Below, piece by piece: positions 1 through 9,168 of a DNA stretch of 64,000 nucleotides (position 1 is the first letter of the stretch; every line of letters begins with the position of its first letter). The notes beneath the pieces are model-generated. The model was not told the origin of the DNA. It worked only from the letters and a program-made list of their open reading frames with translations, and searched no databases. The DNA comes from Bacillota bacterium (lineage in GTDB: Bacteria; Bacillota; SHA-98; UBA4971). The stretch covers positions 8,735 to 72,734 of the forward strand of contig JASEJE010000005.1 in NCBI GenBank assembly GCA_030024085.1. Direction: 5' to 3'. The position numbers and the translations under genes are program-made.

Positions 1-917
1 AGGGCGTCGTCGATACTGGTGGAGTTTCCGACGCACTCGAACACGAGGTCCGCCCCGCCCTGGACGATCCTCTTGCCCACCATGGGCTTCAGCACCTTGC
101 CGCCGAGGACGTCCGCGAGGTCCTTGAAGTAGTCGTCGCTCTCTCGCGAGCAGATTACGGCATCAGCTCCGAAGCTACGCGCAAGCTCCGCCTGGAACGG
201 GTACTTCGCCATCACGACCACCCGCGCCCGGCTCTCGAGGGCGCGCAGGGCGGCCACCACGGATATCCCGATGACTCCGGCTCCCATCACGAGGCAGGTG
301 TCGGAATCGTCTGGGAGATTGCGGAGGACCGGGTGGAGTGCGGAGCAAAACGCGTCCACCAGGGCCGCGTCTTCGAATGTTATGTCGTCATCGAGCGGGA
401 TGATCTGGGACCTGTGGGCGACGAAGCGCTCGCTCCAGCCACCCCCGGTGTCGCGACAAAGGCCTATGGCGAAGCCGGGCGACACGATTCCCTCGGTGAA
501 GTTCTGGCATAGCGAATAGTCGCCCCGCTTGCAGAACTCGCACGGCTCTGCTATCTCCCGCGGGCCGCAGGACAGGACCGGGTCCACGAGCACCCTCTGG
601 CCGACGCGGATATCGTCCACGTTGGCGCCCACATCCACGACGGTGCCGCAGTTCTCGTGGCCGAACGTGAACGGAAACGACACGTACGGGGATGAGCTTG
701 GACTATCGTGGAGCAGGATGAGGTTCAAGTCGCTCCCGCATATCCCAGAATAACGGGTCTTCACCTTCACCCAGTTGGGGCTGGGAAGCCTCGGCTCCCC
801 CACCTCGCCTAGGACCACCCCGGACAGCGGGCCGTAGAAAGCCTTCTCCGTGAGCGTGCCGGCCGCCTTGGAAAAGAGGTATCTGGGGACAGTGCCGAGG
901 AACTGGACGGCCTTCAT
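1..917 (-). CDS. tdh: Zn-dependent medium-chain dehydrogenase, L-threonine 3-dehydrogenase-like; the CDS is truncated at the window start (its 3' end lies before position 1)
   Basis: I translated the minus strand from the ATG at 915-917 (MKAVQFLGTV...). It carries the GHE catalytic-zinc motif (FGHENCGTV) and a Cys-rich structural-zinc loop (CGPREIAEPCEFCKRGDYSLC). Its start overlaps the kbl stop as ATGA. The kbl-tdh pairing is the classic threonine-degradation arrangement. Confidence 0.6.
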   Translation of the reverse strand, partial: MKAVQFLGTVPRYLFSKAAGTLTEKAFYGPLSGVVLGEVGEPRLPSPNWVKVKTRYSGICGSDLNLILLHDSPSSSPYVSFPFTFGHENCGTVVDVGANVDDIRVGQRVLVDPVLSCGPREIAEPCEFCKRGDYSLCQNFTEGIVSPGFAIGLCRDTGGGWSERFVAHRSQIIPLDDDITFEDAALVDAFCSALHPVLRNLPDDSDTCLVMGAGVIGISVVAALRALESRARVVVMAKYPFQAELARSFGADAVICSRESDDYFKDLADVLGGKVLKPMVGKRIVQGGADLVFECVGNSTSIDDA

Positions 918-2188
918 ACGGCGGTCCTCCTCGCCCCGATGACGCCGAGCTGCTGGCCGGCACGCTCGAGGCACTCCAGAGCGAAGTCGATGTCCTCATC
1001 GGTGTGGGACGCGAGCACGTTCGCCCGGAGCCTGCACGTCTTCGGCGGAACCGCAGGCGGCAGGATCGGGCAGATGAATATGCCCTCGTTATGCAGGAGC
1101 ATGGTGAGCCTGAGCGTGGTTTCCTCGTCGCCGATGACGATGGGGATCACTGAACTCTTCGTGTTGAGCGTGTTGTACCCAAGCTCATTGAGCCCCCCCA
1201 CGAACCTCTCGATATTGCGGCGGAGCTTGCCGATGCGCCACTTTTCCTCCTCGATGATGTCGAAAGCCTCGCGCGCGGCCGCGACTGCAGCAGGCGGAAG
1301 CGCCGCGGAGAACACGAACCCACGGGCGTTGTGGCGCAGGAACGAGATGAAGTCGGCCTTGCCGGCGACATACCCTCCGACAGCCGGGATGGTCTTTGAA
1401 AGGGACCCGGTGAGGATATGTATTGCCCCCGCGGGAAGCCCGAAATACTCCTGGATGCCATGGCCCGTCTCGCCAAGAACGCCAAGGGAGTGAGCCTCGT
1501 CCACGAGCAGCCACGCGTCGTACTTGTTCACGAGGTCGATGAGTTCCGGCACCGGCGCCACGTCGCCGTCCATGCTGTAGACGGCGTCGACGATGACCAG
1601 CTTGCCGCGGTACTTGTCCTTTGCGTCCGCGAGGATGCGCTCCACGTCATCAAGGTTGTTGTGGTCGAACCAGATGAACTCCGCCCCCGAGAGCCTGCAG
1701 CCGTCAACGAGGCTTGCGTGGGACAGCTTGTCGCATATGACGGCGTCGCCTCTTCCGACGAACGACCCTATGGTGGCGACATTGGCGAGAAAACCGCTGC
1801 TGAAGGCGATTGCGTCCTCAGTGCCCATGAACTTGGCCATCCTGCTCTCGAGGTCCACGTGGAGCTTCGTGGTGCCTGCGAGGATTCGCACGCCGTGGGT
1901 GCCCGTGCCGAACGCATCGGTGGCGCGGTTGGCGGCGGCGTTGATCCTGGGGTGGGTGATGAGCCCGAGATAGGAGTAAGACGAGAATATCACCTTCCAC
2001 CTGCCGCCGATCTCCACCCTCGCGCCATCGAGGGCGTCCACCTGCTGGAGGTAGAAGTAGAGGTCATCGTTCTTGACCTTGGAAAGCCTGCTGGAAAAGG
2101 CGTCTATCCTTCTTTGAAGGGAGTTCCTGGATACCGACATGACGTAGCCTCCTTGTGGCCGGGGCGTGGCCGAATTCTGGGAAGACAC
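914..2188 (-). CDS. kbl: Glycine C-acetyltransferase / 2-amino-3-ketobutyrate CoA ligase (alpha-oxoamine synthase family, PLP)
   Basis: 424-aa ORF with the PLP-lysine region SLSKTIPAVGGY and the overall alpha-oxoamine synthase architecture. It lies in an operon with the tdh-like gene. A BioF-type paralogue cannot be excluded from sequence alone. Confidence 0.75.
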   Translation of the reverse strand: MSSQNSATPRPQGGYVMSVSRNSLQRRIDAFSSRLSKVKNDDLYFYLQQVDALDGARVEIGGRWKVIFSSYSYLGLITHPRINAAANRATDAFGTGTHGVRILAGTTKLHVDLESRMAKFMGTEDAIAFSSGFLANVATIGSFVGRGDAVICDKLSHASLVDGCRLSGAEFIWFDHNNLDDVERILADAKDKYRGKLVIVDAVYSMDGDVAPVPELIDLVNKYDAWLLVDEAHSLGVLGETGHGIQEYFGLPAGAIHILTGSLSKTIPAVGGYVAGKADFISFLRHNARGFVFSAALPPAAVAAAREAFDIIEEEKWRIGKLRRNIERFVGGLNELGYNTLNTKSSVIPIVIGDEETTLRLTMLLHNEGIFICPILPPAVPPKTCRLRANVLASHTDEDIDFALECLERAGQQLGVIGARRTAV

Positions 2189-2356
2189 CCTGCCCTCAGT
2201 CTACCACCGGGCAGCGACCGGTGTCAACATTTTTGTGCACAACCATCCACCTCCATCGGGCTGGCGGAATCACCCACCAGTATGGTATGATCGACCCGCG
2301 ACCGCCCAGATCGCCCAGATCGCCGCGGCGTCCGGCGGCTCCAGAGAAAACAGCAG

Positions 2357-3115
2357 GTGGTGACCATTATGCAGCTTTCCCGAATCACGGAGCACCTCGA
2401 TTCTTATCTCCGTATCGCCGAAATCGATGACTCCTCAGTGAACGGGCTTCAGGTGGAGACAGACAGGGACATCACACGCATCGCAGCAGCGGTGGACGCG
2501 AGCCTCGACGCGTTCACGCGCGCACAGGAAGCCGGCGCCGAACTCCTCCTCGTCCACCACGGGCTTTTCTGGGAGAAGACGCCCCTGCGGGGGGCGCTCT
2601 ACCGGCGCGTCAGGTTCCTCATCGAAAACGGTATGGGCCTCTATGCCGCCCACCTGCCGCTGGACATGCACCCTGAGGTGGGCAACAACGCACAGCTTGC
2701 GAGGATGATCGGCCTGGCGAACGCAAGGCCTTTCCTCCGGTACAGGGGATCTCTCATCGGCCTCATCGGCCAGGTCGAGAAGACGAACGTGCAGGATTTC
2801 GCCGCCATCGTCGAGCGTCGCCTGGGCTCTCCAGCGAAGCTTCTCGACTTCGGAAGGCCTGATGTTGCGCGGGTCGCGATATGCAGCGGCGGGGGTGGGC
2901 CGGATCTCGCGCAGGCCGTCGAGGCAGGCGCAGACGTGTACCTCACCGGGGAGACCAGCCACGGGGCGGCAACCCTTGCGCGGGATGCCGCGATCAACGT
3001 CATCTTCGGCGGCCACTATGCCACCGAGACCCTCGGCCCCAGGGCGCTCGCAAAGCACCTCGAGGACACCTTCGGCATACCCACGGTTTTCATCGAAAGC
3101 CCGACCGGCCTGTAG
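2357..3115 (+). CDS. NIF3-family dinuclear metal-centre protein (YqfO/YbgI-like)
   Basis: 252-aa ORF (MQLSRITEHLDSYLRIAEIDDSSVNGLQVE...HHGLFW...), the typical NIF3 N-terminal and HHG motif region. It is divergent from kbl. Confidence 0.75.
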   Translation: MVTIMQLSRITEHLDSYLRIAEIDDSSVNGLQVETDRDITRIAAAVDASLDAFTRAQEAGAELLLVHHGLFWEKTPLRGALYRRVRFLIENGMGLYAAHLPLDMHPEVGNNAQLARMIGLANARPFLRYRGSLIGLIGQVEKTNVQDFAAIVERRLGSPAKLLDFGRPDVARVAICSGGGGPDLAQAVEAGADVYLTGETSHGAATLARDAAINVIFGGHYATETLGPRALAKHLEDTFGIPTVFIESPTGL

Positions 3116-3147
3116 GCTCCCCCAAAACATGTAAAGTCCCCTGTGGT

Positions 3148-3179
3148 GAGGGCGCCCCGCTCGGCCGCGGGGCGCCCTC
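3148..3179 (+). terminator. Perfect 12-bp GC stem-loop downstream of the NIF3 gene
   Basis: gagggcgccccg-ctcggccg-cggggcgccctc, about 30 nt after the stop at 3115. The downstream T tract is weak (attgg). Confidence 0.45.
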
Positions 3180-3241
3180 ATTGGCATGCCCTGGTCATGC
3201 AGAGATCTCTGAGCCCATGATAACTTTTCTTGATCTGGATA

Positions 3242-3270
3242 TTGACATTGTGAAGTGCCGGCTTTATGCT
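3242..3270 (+). promoter_or_regulatory. SigA-like promoter in an AT-rich island: -35 TTGACA (3242-3247), 17-nt spacer, -10 TATGCT (3265-3270)
   Basis: Only AT-rich stretch in this GC-rich neighbourhood. It sits ~60 nt upstream of the small ORF at 3330. Confidence 0.4.
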
Positions 3271-3329
3271 GTTAATGCAAGGCTTAATCTTATTGAGGTT
3301 ACCCAAAACCCCACGCGGAGGTGCTGGCC

Positions 3330-3500
3330 ATGTTCATTGTGCTGGGCGACGTGAGGATCGAGATAACGAGGGTACCACGTCCGAACGCCGAGGAAATGGC
3401 GAGGCGTACATACGAGAAGGTGAAGGCAGCAAAGGCATACGAGGATGCGCGGCGCATGTACGAGGTGAAGGCCCTCCGGTACGCCCCATGGGTCCGCTGA
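3330..3500 (+). CDS. Small hypothetical protein (56 aa, basic, helical)
   Basis: ATG at 3330 is preceded by GGAGGTG (3317-3323) with a 6-nt spacer. The third-codon positions are strongly G/C, as in the real genes. Translation: MFIVLGDVRIEITRVPRPNAEEMARRTYEKVKAAKAYEDARRMYEVKALRYAPWVR. It falls below the 60-aa cutoff of the ORF track. Confidence 0.4.
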   Translation: MFIVLGDVRIEITRVPRPNAEEMARRTYEKVKAAKAYEDARRMYEVKALRYAPWVR

Positions 3501-3606
3501 CGCAGCGGGCCGGGCTATCCCCCGATCTCGAAACAGGCGCGCAGACGAGACAGGGCCGCATGGACAGGAAAGGGCGCCGTCGCGGCCGTCGCGGCGCACG
3601 TAGGAG

Positions 3607-4782
3607 CTACGGCGCCTCGCCCACCGCGACCGTCGCCTTGACCACGCGACCATCCCGGTAAACCTCGAGATCAAGCCGGCCGCCGATTCCGGCGGACGTC
3701 ACGGCGTCGCGGAGGTCGGCAATGGTCTTGACCCTCTTGCCGCCGGCAGAGATGATAACATCTCCGCGACGAAGGCCCGCCGCCGCGGCGGGGCTTTGCC
3801 GCACATAGCTCACGATGGCAAGGCCGCTATCGACCGGAAGACGATAGTCGCGCGCGACATCAGGCGTTATCGCCCACACCTGCGTGATGCCGATCCACGG
3901 CCGCCGGACCTTGCCGTACTCGATTATCTCCGACGCGATCCTCCTTGCGGTCTTGATGGGAATCGCAAACCCTATGCCTTGCGCCTGCGAGATGATGGCG
4001 GTGTTGATCCCGACGACGGCGCCGGTCTCGTCTACGAGCGCGCCGCCGCTGTTCCCAGGGTTGATGGGGGCGTCGGTCTGGATGAGGTTCTCGAGGTATA
4101 TCCCCTGCTCCTCATCGAGGGGGAGAGATCTCCCGAGGGCGCTTATGACCCCGGCCGTCACCGTGTGGTCGAAGCCGAACGGGTTTCCGATCGCCACGGC
4201 GAGACCGCCCACTTGGATGGCATCCGAGTCGCCCAGGCTCGCCACGGGCAGGTTGTCGCCTTTCACCTGCAGCACGGCGACGTCTGTGTAGTAGTCGCCG
4301 CCCACCACGCTCGCAGTGAACTCTCGCCCGTCGCTCAGCACCACGCCGATCTGCGTGGCCTTCTCGATCACGTGATAGTTGGTGAGCACATAGCCTCGGC
4401 GGTCGAAGATGACCCCCGACCCGAGGCCCTCCTCCTGTTGGATCATGCGCTCGAAGAAGAAGTTGTAGAAAACCCTCTCGCGGAGCGTGGATATCTTCAC
4501 CACCGACGGGCCCACGTCTCTTGCGATGGCAGCCACGACAGAGCTCGTCGGTCTGCCCGTCGCCGGAGGCTGGGCGTCCCCGGCGGGCGCCCTGTCGGCC
4601 TGCCCCGCCCCTGCGTCCGGCCCCGGCACCTGGGGCAGGGCGGCCATCCGCCTGTCGACGGCGTTGAGGAGGATGCCACCCACGAGAAGCCCCCCGACGA
4701 CGGCTCCCGCCAGGGCCGCCAGAAAGTACGAGCCGAGAGGCCCGCGTCTCGTTCCGAAGCCGAACGAACTCATTGCCCTCAC
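3607..4782 (-). CDS. HtrA/DegP-family serine protease (trypsin-like domain plus PDZ) with N-terminal membrane anchor
   Basis: Catalytic-serine motif GNSGGAL, His/Asp region, C-terminal PDZ-like segment and an N-terminal hydrophobic stretch. Confidence 0.85.
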   Translation of the reverse strand: MRAMSSFGFGTRRGPLGSYFLAALAGAVVGGLLVGGILLNAVDRRMAALPQVPGPDAGAGQADRAPAGDAQPPATGRPTSSVVAAIARDVGPSVVKISTLRERVFYNFFFERMIQQEEGLGSGVIFDRRGYVLTNYHVIEKATQIGVVLSDGREFTASVVGGDYYTDVAVLQVKGDNLPVASLGDSDAIQVGGLAVAIGNPFGFDHTVTAGVISALGRSLPLDEEQGIYLENLIQTDAPINPGNSGGALVDETGAVVGINTAIISQAQGIGFAIPIKTARRIASEIIEYGKVRRPWIGITQVWAITPDVARDYRLPVDSGLAIVSYVRQSPAAAAGLRRGDVIISAGGKRVKTIADLRDAVTSAGIGGRLDLEVYRDGRVVKATVAVGEAP

Positions 4783-4812
4783 CTCGCGCCGGGCATCACA
4801 TGCTCCTGAGCG

Positions 4813-6249
4813 TCAAGCACGACCTGCCCCGCCGGTTTCGACCATCCGGCGGACGCTACCGAGGATGGCCGAGAGCCGCTCCTCTCCTGGAGCCTCCGCG
4901 TAGATCCTGACCACCGGCTCTGTGCCGGAGGCCCTCACGAGGAACCAGCTGCCGTCGACAAGCCGAGTCTTCACGCCATCTAGAGTCGATACATCCACCA
5001 CAGGCACGCCCGCGACGGCGCACGGAGGGGTGTCGCAGAGTATGCCGATGACCCTGTCCTTGGCCAGCCCGGCGACATGCAGGTCAACCCGGCGGCTATA
5101 GAAGGGGCCTACCTCGTCCATGAGGGCGCGGAGCGTCTCTTTGAGCGGCCGCCCGGTCACGGCGCGCATCTCGGCCACGAGCAGGCATGCAAGGATGCCG
5201 TCCTTTTCCGGCACGTGCCCGCCGATGCTGAGACCCCCGCTCTCCTCGCCGCCGATGACCACCTTCGCGCGCCTCATCTCCGCTGATATGTACTTGAAGC
5301 CGACGGGGGTCTCCCGCACCTCGAGCCCGCAAGCGCGCGCGACGGCGTCCACCATGTGGCTCGTGGCCACGGTCCGCACGGCGACGCCCTTCATGCCGCG
5401 GTTGCGCGCAAGGTGCGCCGTGAGGAGAGAAATGATCTGGTTCGGGGAGAGGAAGGTCCCGTCCTCGTCGATGATCCCGAACCTGTCAGCGTCGCCGTCG
5501 GTCGCAAGGCCGAGGTTCGCGCCGACCTCTCGCATCTTTGAAGCGAGGCCTTGGAGCCTCTTCTCTGATGGATCGGGAGGGCTCCCGCCGAAGAGAGGGT
5601 CCCTCCTATCATTTAGCACGAGCACGTCCTGGCCCTCCAGGATGCGGTCGAGGTATCCCCGCCCGGACGCGCAAAGGGCATCGTGCACGATGCGTAGCCG
5701 CGCGCGCCTGATGGCATCGAGGTCCACGAGGCGCGAAACATGGTCAACGTAGTCGTCCATGGGACTGAAGGACATGACCCCGTCCGCCTCGTCGGCCCCG
5801 CCCGCACCCCCAGCGCGCCTTATTTCGCCTGTGGCCTGTACCCTCGCGATATGCCTCTCGATCCCGTTCGTCACGTCAGGCATCGCGGGACCGCCGTACT
5901 CGGGGATCCACTTTACGCCATTGTACTCCGGTGGGTTATGGCTCGCAGTGAACATGACGGCCCCCGCATGCTTTCCGTGGACCACTGCGTGGGCCGCAAC
6001 GGGCGTCGGGGTATCGCGCGACGTCAGCCAGGCGTTTATGCCGTTCCCGGCAAGAACCGATGCTGCCTCCTGCGCGAACCTCTCCGACAGGAACCGCGCG
6101 TCGTACGCGACCACGACTCCCCTACCTGCCAGGCCCGCCTCGTGAAGGTAGTCGGCAATGGCCTGGATCACGACCCGGACGTTTGGAAACGTGAACTCCT
6201 CGCACATCACGGCACGCCAGCCGTCAGTGCCAAACCTGATGTTCGTCAC
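4813..6249 (-). CDS. Phosphoglucomutase/phosphomannomutase (alpha-D-phosphohexomutase family)
   Basis: N-terminal FGTDGWRA and the active-site serine loop TASHNPPEYNGVK. Confidence 0.85.
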   Translation of the reverse strand: MTNIRFGTDGWRAVMCEEFTFPNVRVVIQAIADYLHEAGLAGRGVVVAYDARFLSERFAQEAASVLAGNGINAWLTSRDTPTPVAAHAVVHGKHAGAVMFTASHNPPEYNGVKWIPEYGGPAMPDVTNGIERHIARVQATGEIRRAGGAGGADEADGVMSFSPMDDYVDHVSRLVDLDAIRRARLRIVHDALCASGRGYLDRILEGQDVLVLNDRRDPLFGGSPPDPSEKRLQGLASKMREVGANLGLATDGDADRFGIIDEDGTFLSPNQIISLLTAHLARNRGMKGVAVRTVATSHMVDAVARACGLEVRETPVGFKYISAEMRRAKVVIGGEESGGLSIGGHVPEKDGILACLLVAEMRAVTGRPLKETLRALMDEVGPFYSRRVDLHVAGLAKDRVIGILCDTPPCAVAGVPVVDVSTLDGVKTRLVDGSWFLVRASGTEPVVRIYAEAPGEERLSAILGSVRRMVETGGAGRA

Positions 6250-6315
6250 TCTCGCCGTCCTTTCGCGCCGCCGGCCCCGCCGTTTCTCCGCCGGCGCCGA
6301 AGCGATGTTCCGTTT

Positions 6316-6948
6316 TCAGTACTCGATCCCGCGCCGCGCCATGACGCCCTGCTCGAAGGGGTGTCTCACCTGGTGCATCTCCGTGATGAGGTCCGCTCTG
6401 TCGAGCACCTCTCGTGGCATGTTCCTGCCTGTGAGCACCAGCTCGACGTGGGGCTGCCTGTGCTCTATCACACCCACGATGTCGTCGACCGATATGAGAT
6501 CGAAATGCGCTGCAAGGGAGATCTCGTCGAGGACGAGTATGTCAGCTGACCCGCTCGCGGCCACATCGTTCGCCATGGCCAGCGCCCGGCGGGCAAGGTC
6601 CCTGTCCTCATCTTTCACCTCGCCCTTCCGCAGAAAGCACTCGCTGCACCCCCAGCATTCTGCGAAGCCCTGCCTTATCGCTGACGCCTTTCGACAGTCC
6701 CGCCCGAACTGGAAGAGCCGGACCTCCGGGTAGAGGCGCTCCAGGGCGAACAGCTCTCCGGTGTAGCTCGCCCCTTTTGCGAACTGGATCACCACCACGC
6801 GTAACCTGTGCCCCGCTGCCCGCAGGGCAAGCCCCAGGGCAGCAGTGGTCTTGCCCTTGCCATCGCCCGTGTACACCTGCACGAGGCCTCTCTCGAGGTC
6901 TGTCGGCGCCGTGCGGGCCTCAGGAAGATCCCTGGTCTTCTCGACAAC
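6316..6948 (-). CDS. Cob(I)yrinic acid a,c-diamide adenosyltransferase (CobA/CobO/BtuR family)
   Basis: P-loop VYTGDGKGKTTAALG and the C-terminal LDEISLA...TGRNMPREVLDRADLITEM...HPFEQGVMARRGIEY match the BtuR/CobO family. The ORF-track N-terminal extension to 7065 is probably not translated; I infer a GTG start near 6948 from alignment to BtuR length. Confidence 0.7.
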   Translation of the reverse strand, partial: VVEKTRDLPEARTAPTDLERGLVQVYTGDGKGKTTAALGLALRAAGHRLRVVVIQFAKGASYTGELFALERLYPEVRLFQFGRDCRKASAIRQGFAECWGCSECFLRKGEVKDEDRDLARRALAMANDVAASGSADILVLDEISLAAHFDLISVDDIVGVIEHRQPHVELVLTGRNMPREVLDRADLITEMHQVRHPFEQGVMARRGIEY

Positions 6949-6986
6949 GCCAAGCCCCAACCGGACTCCCCCCTCGCGCAAACGAC

Positions 6987-7796
6987 TCACCGCACCCCCG
7001 TGAGCGTCAGGCCCGGCACCAGCACCGCCTGGGGCCTCCCGTTCACTGGGTGCGGTCCGACGCACGATCTCACGCCGTATACCTCTTCGATGACCTGGGC
7101 AGTGATCACCTCACCGGGCGTGCCGGACGCCGCAAGATGCCCGTCCCTCAGCATCACTATTCTATCGCAATACTGCGCCGCAAGATTCACGTCATGTAGC
7201 ACGGCCACCACACCCAAGCCCTCCTGCCGCGAGAGGCCCAGGACGAGGTCCATGATCTCCACCTGATGCCTCGGGTCAAGGTGCGACGTGGGCTCGTCGA
7301 GCAGCAGAATCCGCGGCTCCTGGGCGAGCGCCCGCGCCACCATGACCCGCTGTCTCTCCCCGTAGGACAGCTCTGTGATGGGGCGCATTGCGAGACGCGC
7401 CACCTGCGTCGCCTCCATGGCCCGGACCGCAGCCTCGATGTCGCGCTGGGTCTCTCCGGCGAACCTTCCGAGATGAGGCCAGCGGCCCATGAGCACGATG
7501 TCCCTTACGCTGAACGAGAAAGGCGTGTATCCGTTCTGGGGGACGACCGCAACGCGCCGCGCCACGGCCCTTGCGCCCATCTTCCGCACGTCCTGTCCGT
7601 CGAGGGTCACCCTGCCAGCTGTCGGGCGCAGGGCCCCGGCCATCGCCCGCAAGAGAGTGGTCTTGCCGGACCCGTTCGGGCCGAGGACCCCCACGAGTTC
7701 GCCCCCGGCAACCGAGAGCGAAACTCCGTCCAACGCCGTTATTATACCGTACATGCAACGGATGGAAAACACGTCTAATCTCATACGTTTCACCAC
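6987..7796 (-). CDS. ABC transporter ATP-binding protein of an iron-siderophore/cobalamin-type importer (FecE/BtuD-like)
   Basis: Walker A GPNGSGKTTLL, signature LSYGERQRV, Walker B ILLLDEPTSHLD. Confidence 0.85.
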   Translation of the reverse strand: MVKRMRLDVFSIRCMYGIITALDGVSLSVAGGELVGVLGPNGSGKTTLLRAMAGALRPTAGRVTLDGQDVRKMGARAVARRVAVVPQNGYTPFSFSVRDIVLMGRWPHLGRFAGETQRDIEAAVRAMEATQVARLAMRPITELSYGERQRVMVARALAQEPRILLLDEPTSHLDPRHQVEIMDLVLGLSRQEGLGVVAVLHDVNLAAQYCDRIVMLRDGHLAASGTPGEVITAQVIEEVYGVRSCVGPHPVNGRPQAVLVPGLTLTGVR

Positions 7797-7906
7797 GTCC
7801 TGCCATGCCTCATCCAGTAGCTCTGGTCCTGTTCCGCCCTATCACGCTCCAGGCTGGCCGGCCGGGTGCGACCCACCCGGCCGGTCACGGCCTCCCTGCG
7901 CCGCCT

Positions 7907-9028
7907 TCACAGCGCCCCGGAGGTTTTCCGCCGCCTCAGTAGATACAAGAAGAACGGCCCGCCCGCAAGGGCCGTGATCACACCCACAGGGATCTCCCCC
8001 GGCGCGACGACCACGCGCGCAAGGGTGTCCGCGGCCACCAGGAAACCCGCCCCTGCGAACACGCACGCCGGCATGAGGACCTTGTGGTCCGGGCCCAGGA
8101 TGAGCCTCATCGTGTGAGGAACCACGAGGCCGACGAAGCCGATGATGCCGCCGACCGAGACGGCCGCGGCAGTGACGAGGGACGCCGCGAGTATAGCGAC
8201 GCGCTTGAACTCCTCGGGATCGAGCCCGAGGTAGCGTGCCTCCTCGTCGCCCAGGCTGATGAGGTTGAAGTCGCGCGCCAGCACCACGAGGGCTGCGATC
8301 CCTGCCGCCGTGTACGGGAACGCCATCTTCACGTGGGCGTACCCCTTGCCGGACAGGCTCCCCATGAGCCACATCATGGCCTCACGAAGCGTATCGCCGG
8401 ACACGACAAGGAGAAACGATATCACCGCCCACAGGAACGACCCCACCACCACGCCCGCAAGCAGGAACGTGTCGGTGGGGAGCCTGCCCGACACCCGTGC
8501 GATGGAATACACGACCACCATCGTGGCGACGGCGGTGATGAAGGCGAGGATCGGGACTGAGCCGACGCCCAGGACCGAGAGGGGCACGCCCGCCACCATC
8601 GCAATCGTCGCGCCGAGTCCCGCTCCGGCGGACACGCCGGCCACGTACGGGTCTGCGAGCGGGTTTCGAAGCAGGCCCTGGAGGGCCGCCCCGGCAACGG
8701 ACAGCGACGCCCCCACCATCGCCGAAAGCAGGATGCGCGGGAGCCGCACCTGAAGCAGGATTACCTCGTGGGACGCCGGCCACCAGGTAGGCTCGGCGCC
8801 CCTGCTCACAAAGGGTAGCCGTCGGAGGAGGATTCCCGCGACCTCGGCAGGCGGGATATGCACAGAGCCTATTCCGGCCGCAACCGCCATCACCAGGACG
8901 ACGGCCAGCGCAAGGAGGGGCAGATGGGCGGCATGCCAGACCGGGCGCACCCCCCCGGGCGCCCGGACACCGGAGACCCTCGCCGCGCGGGCGGCCCCCC
9001 GAACCTGGCCGGCCGATGCCGGGCCCAT
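7907..9028 (-). CDS. FecCD-family ABC permease (BtuC-like)
   Basis: Polytopic membrane protein with FecCD-family C-terminal region (...GFVGLVVPHTMRLILGPDHKVL...). The ORF-track start at 9172 is probably an over-extension. Confidence 0.8.
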   Translation of the reverse strand: MGPASAGQVRGAARAARVSGVRAPGGVRPVWHAAHLPLLALAVVLVMAVAAGIGSVHIPPAEVAGILLRRLPFVSRGAEPTWWPASHEVILLQVRLPRILLSAMVGASLSVAGAALQGLLRNPLADPYVAGVSAGAGLGATIAMVAGVPLSVLGVGSVPILAFITAVATMVVVYSIARVSGRLPTDTFLLAGVVVGSFLWAVISFLLVVSGDTLREAMMWLMGSLSGKGYAHVKMAFPYTAAGIAALVVLARDFNLISLGDEEARYLGLDPEEFKRVAILAASLVTAAAVSVGGIIGFVGLVVPHTMRLILGPDHKVLMPACVFAGAGFLVAADTLARVVVAPGEIPVGVITALAGGPFFLYLLRRRKTSGAL

Positions 9029-9168
9029 GGTTCGCCTCTTCCCGTCCCCATCCCCGCCCTGCCGGACCACAGCGCCGCCTGGCACCTTGCCGGAACAGTC
9101 CTCATCGCGATGCGCCTGGTTGTCGCCTTTCATGGGAGCTGTCACCGATACACCAACCTCTCCCTGCG

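Noticed and set aside
6949-7065. ORF-track N-terminal extensions of several minus-strand genes (cobO to 7065, mtnA to 19356, cysK to 47163, spoIID to 46118, btuC to 9172, oppF to 55701)
   Set aside because: The extensions are Arg/Pro/Gly-rich and lack family conservation. They overlap upstream genes or regulatory elements. Internal starts with an RBS align with family N-termini.
7855-7885. 11-bp GC stem-loop between the btuC-like stop and the btuD-like start
   Set aside because: It is probably an intra-operon mRNA-stabilising hairpin in the 110-nt gap. It has no U-tract and no evidence of regulation. It is noted but not elevated to a finding.
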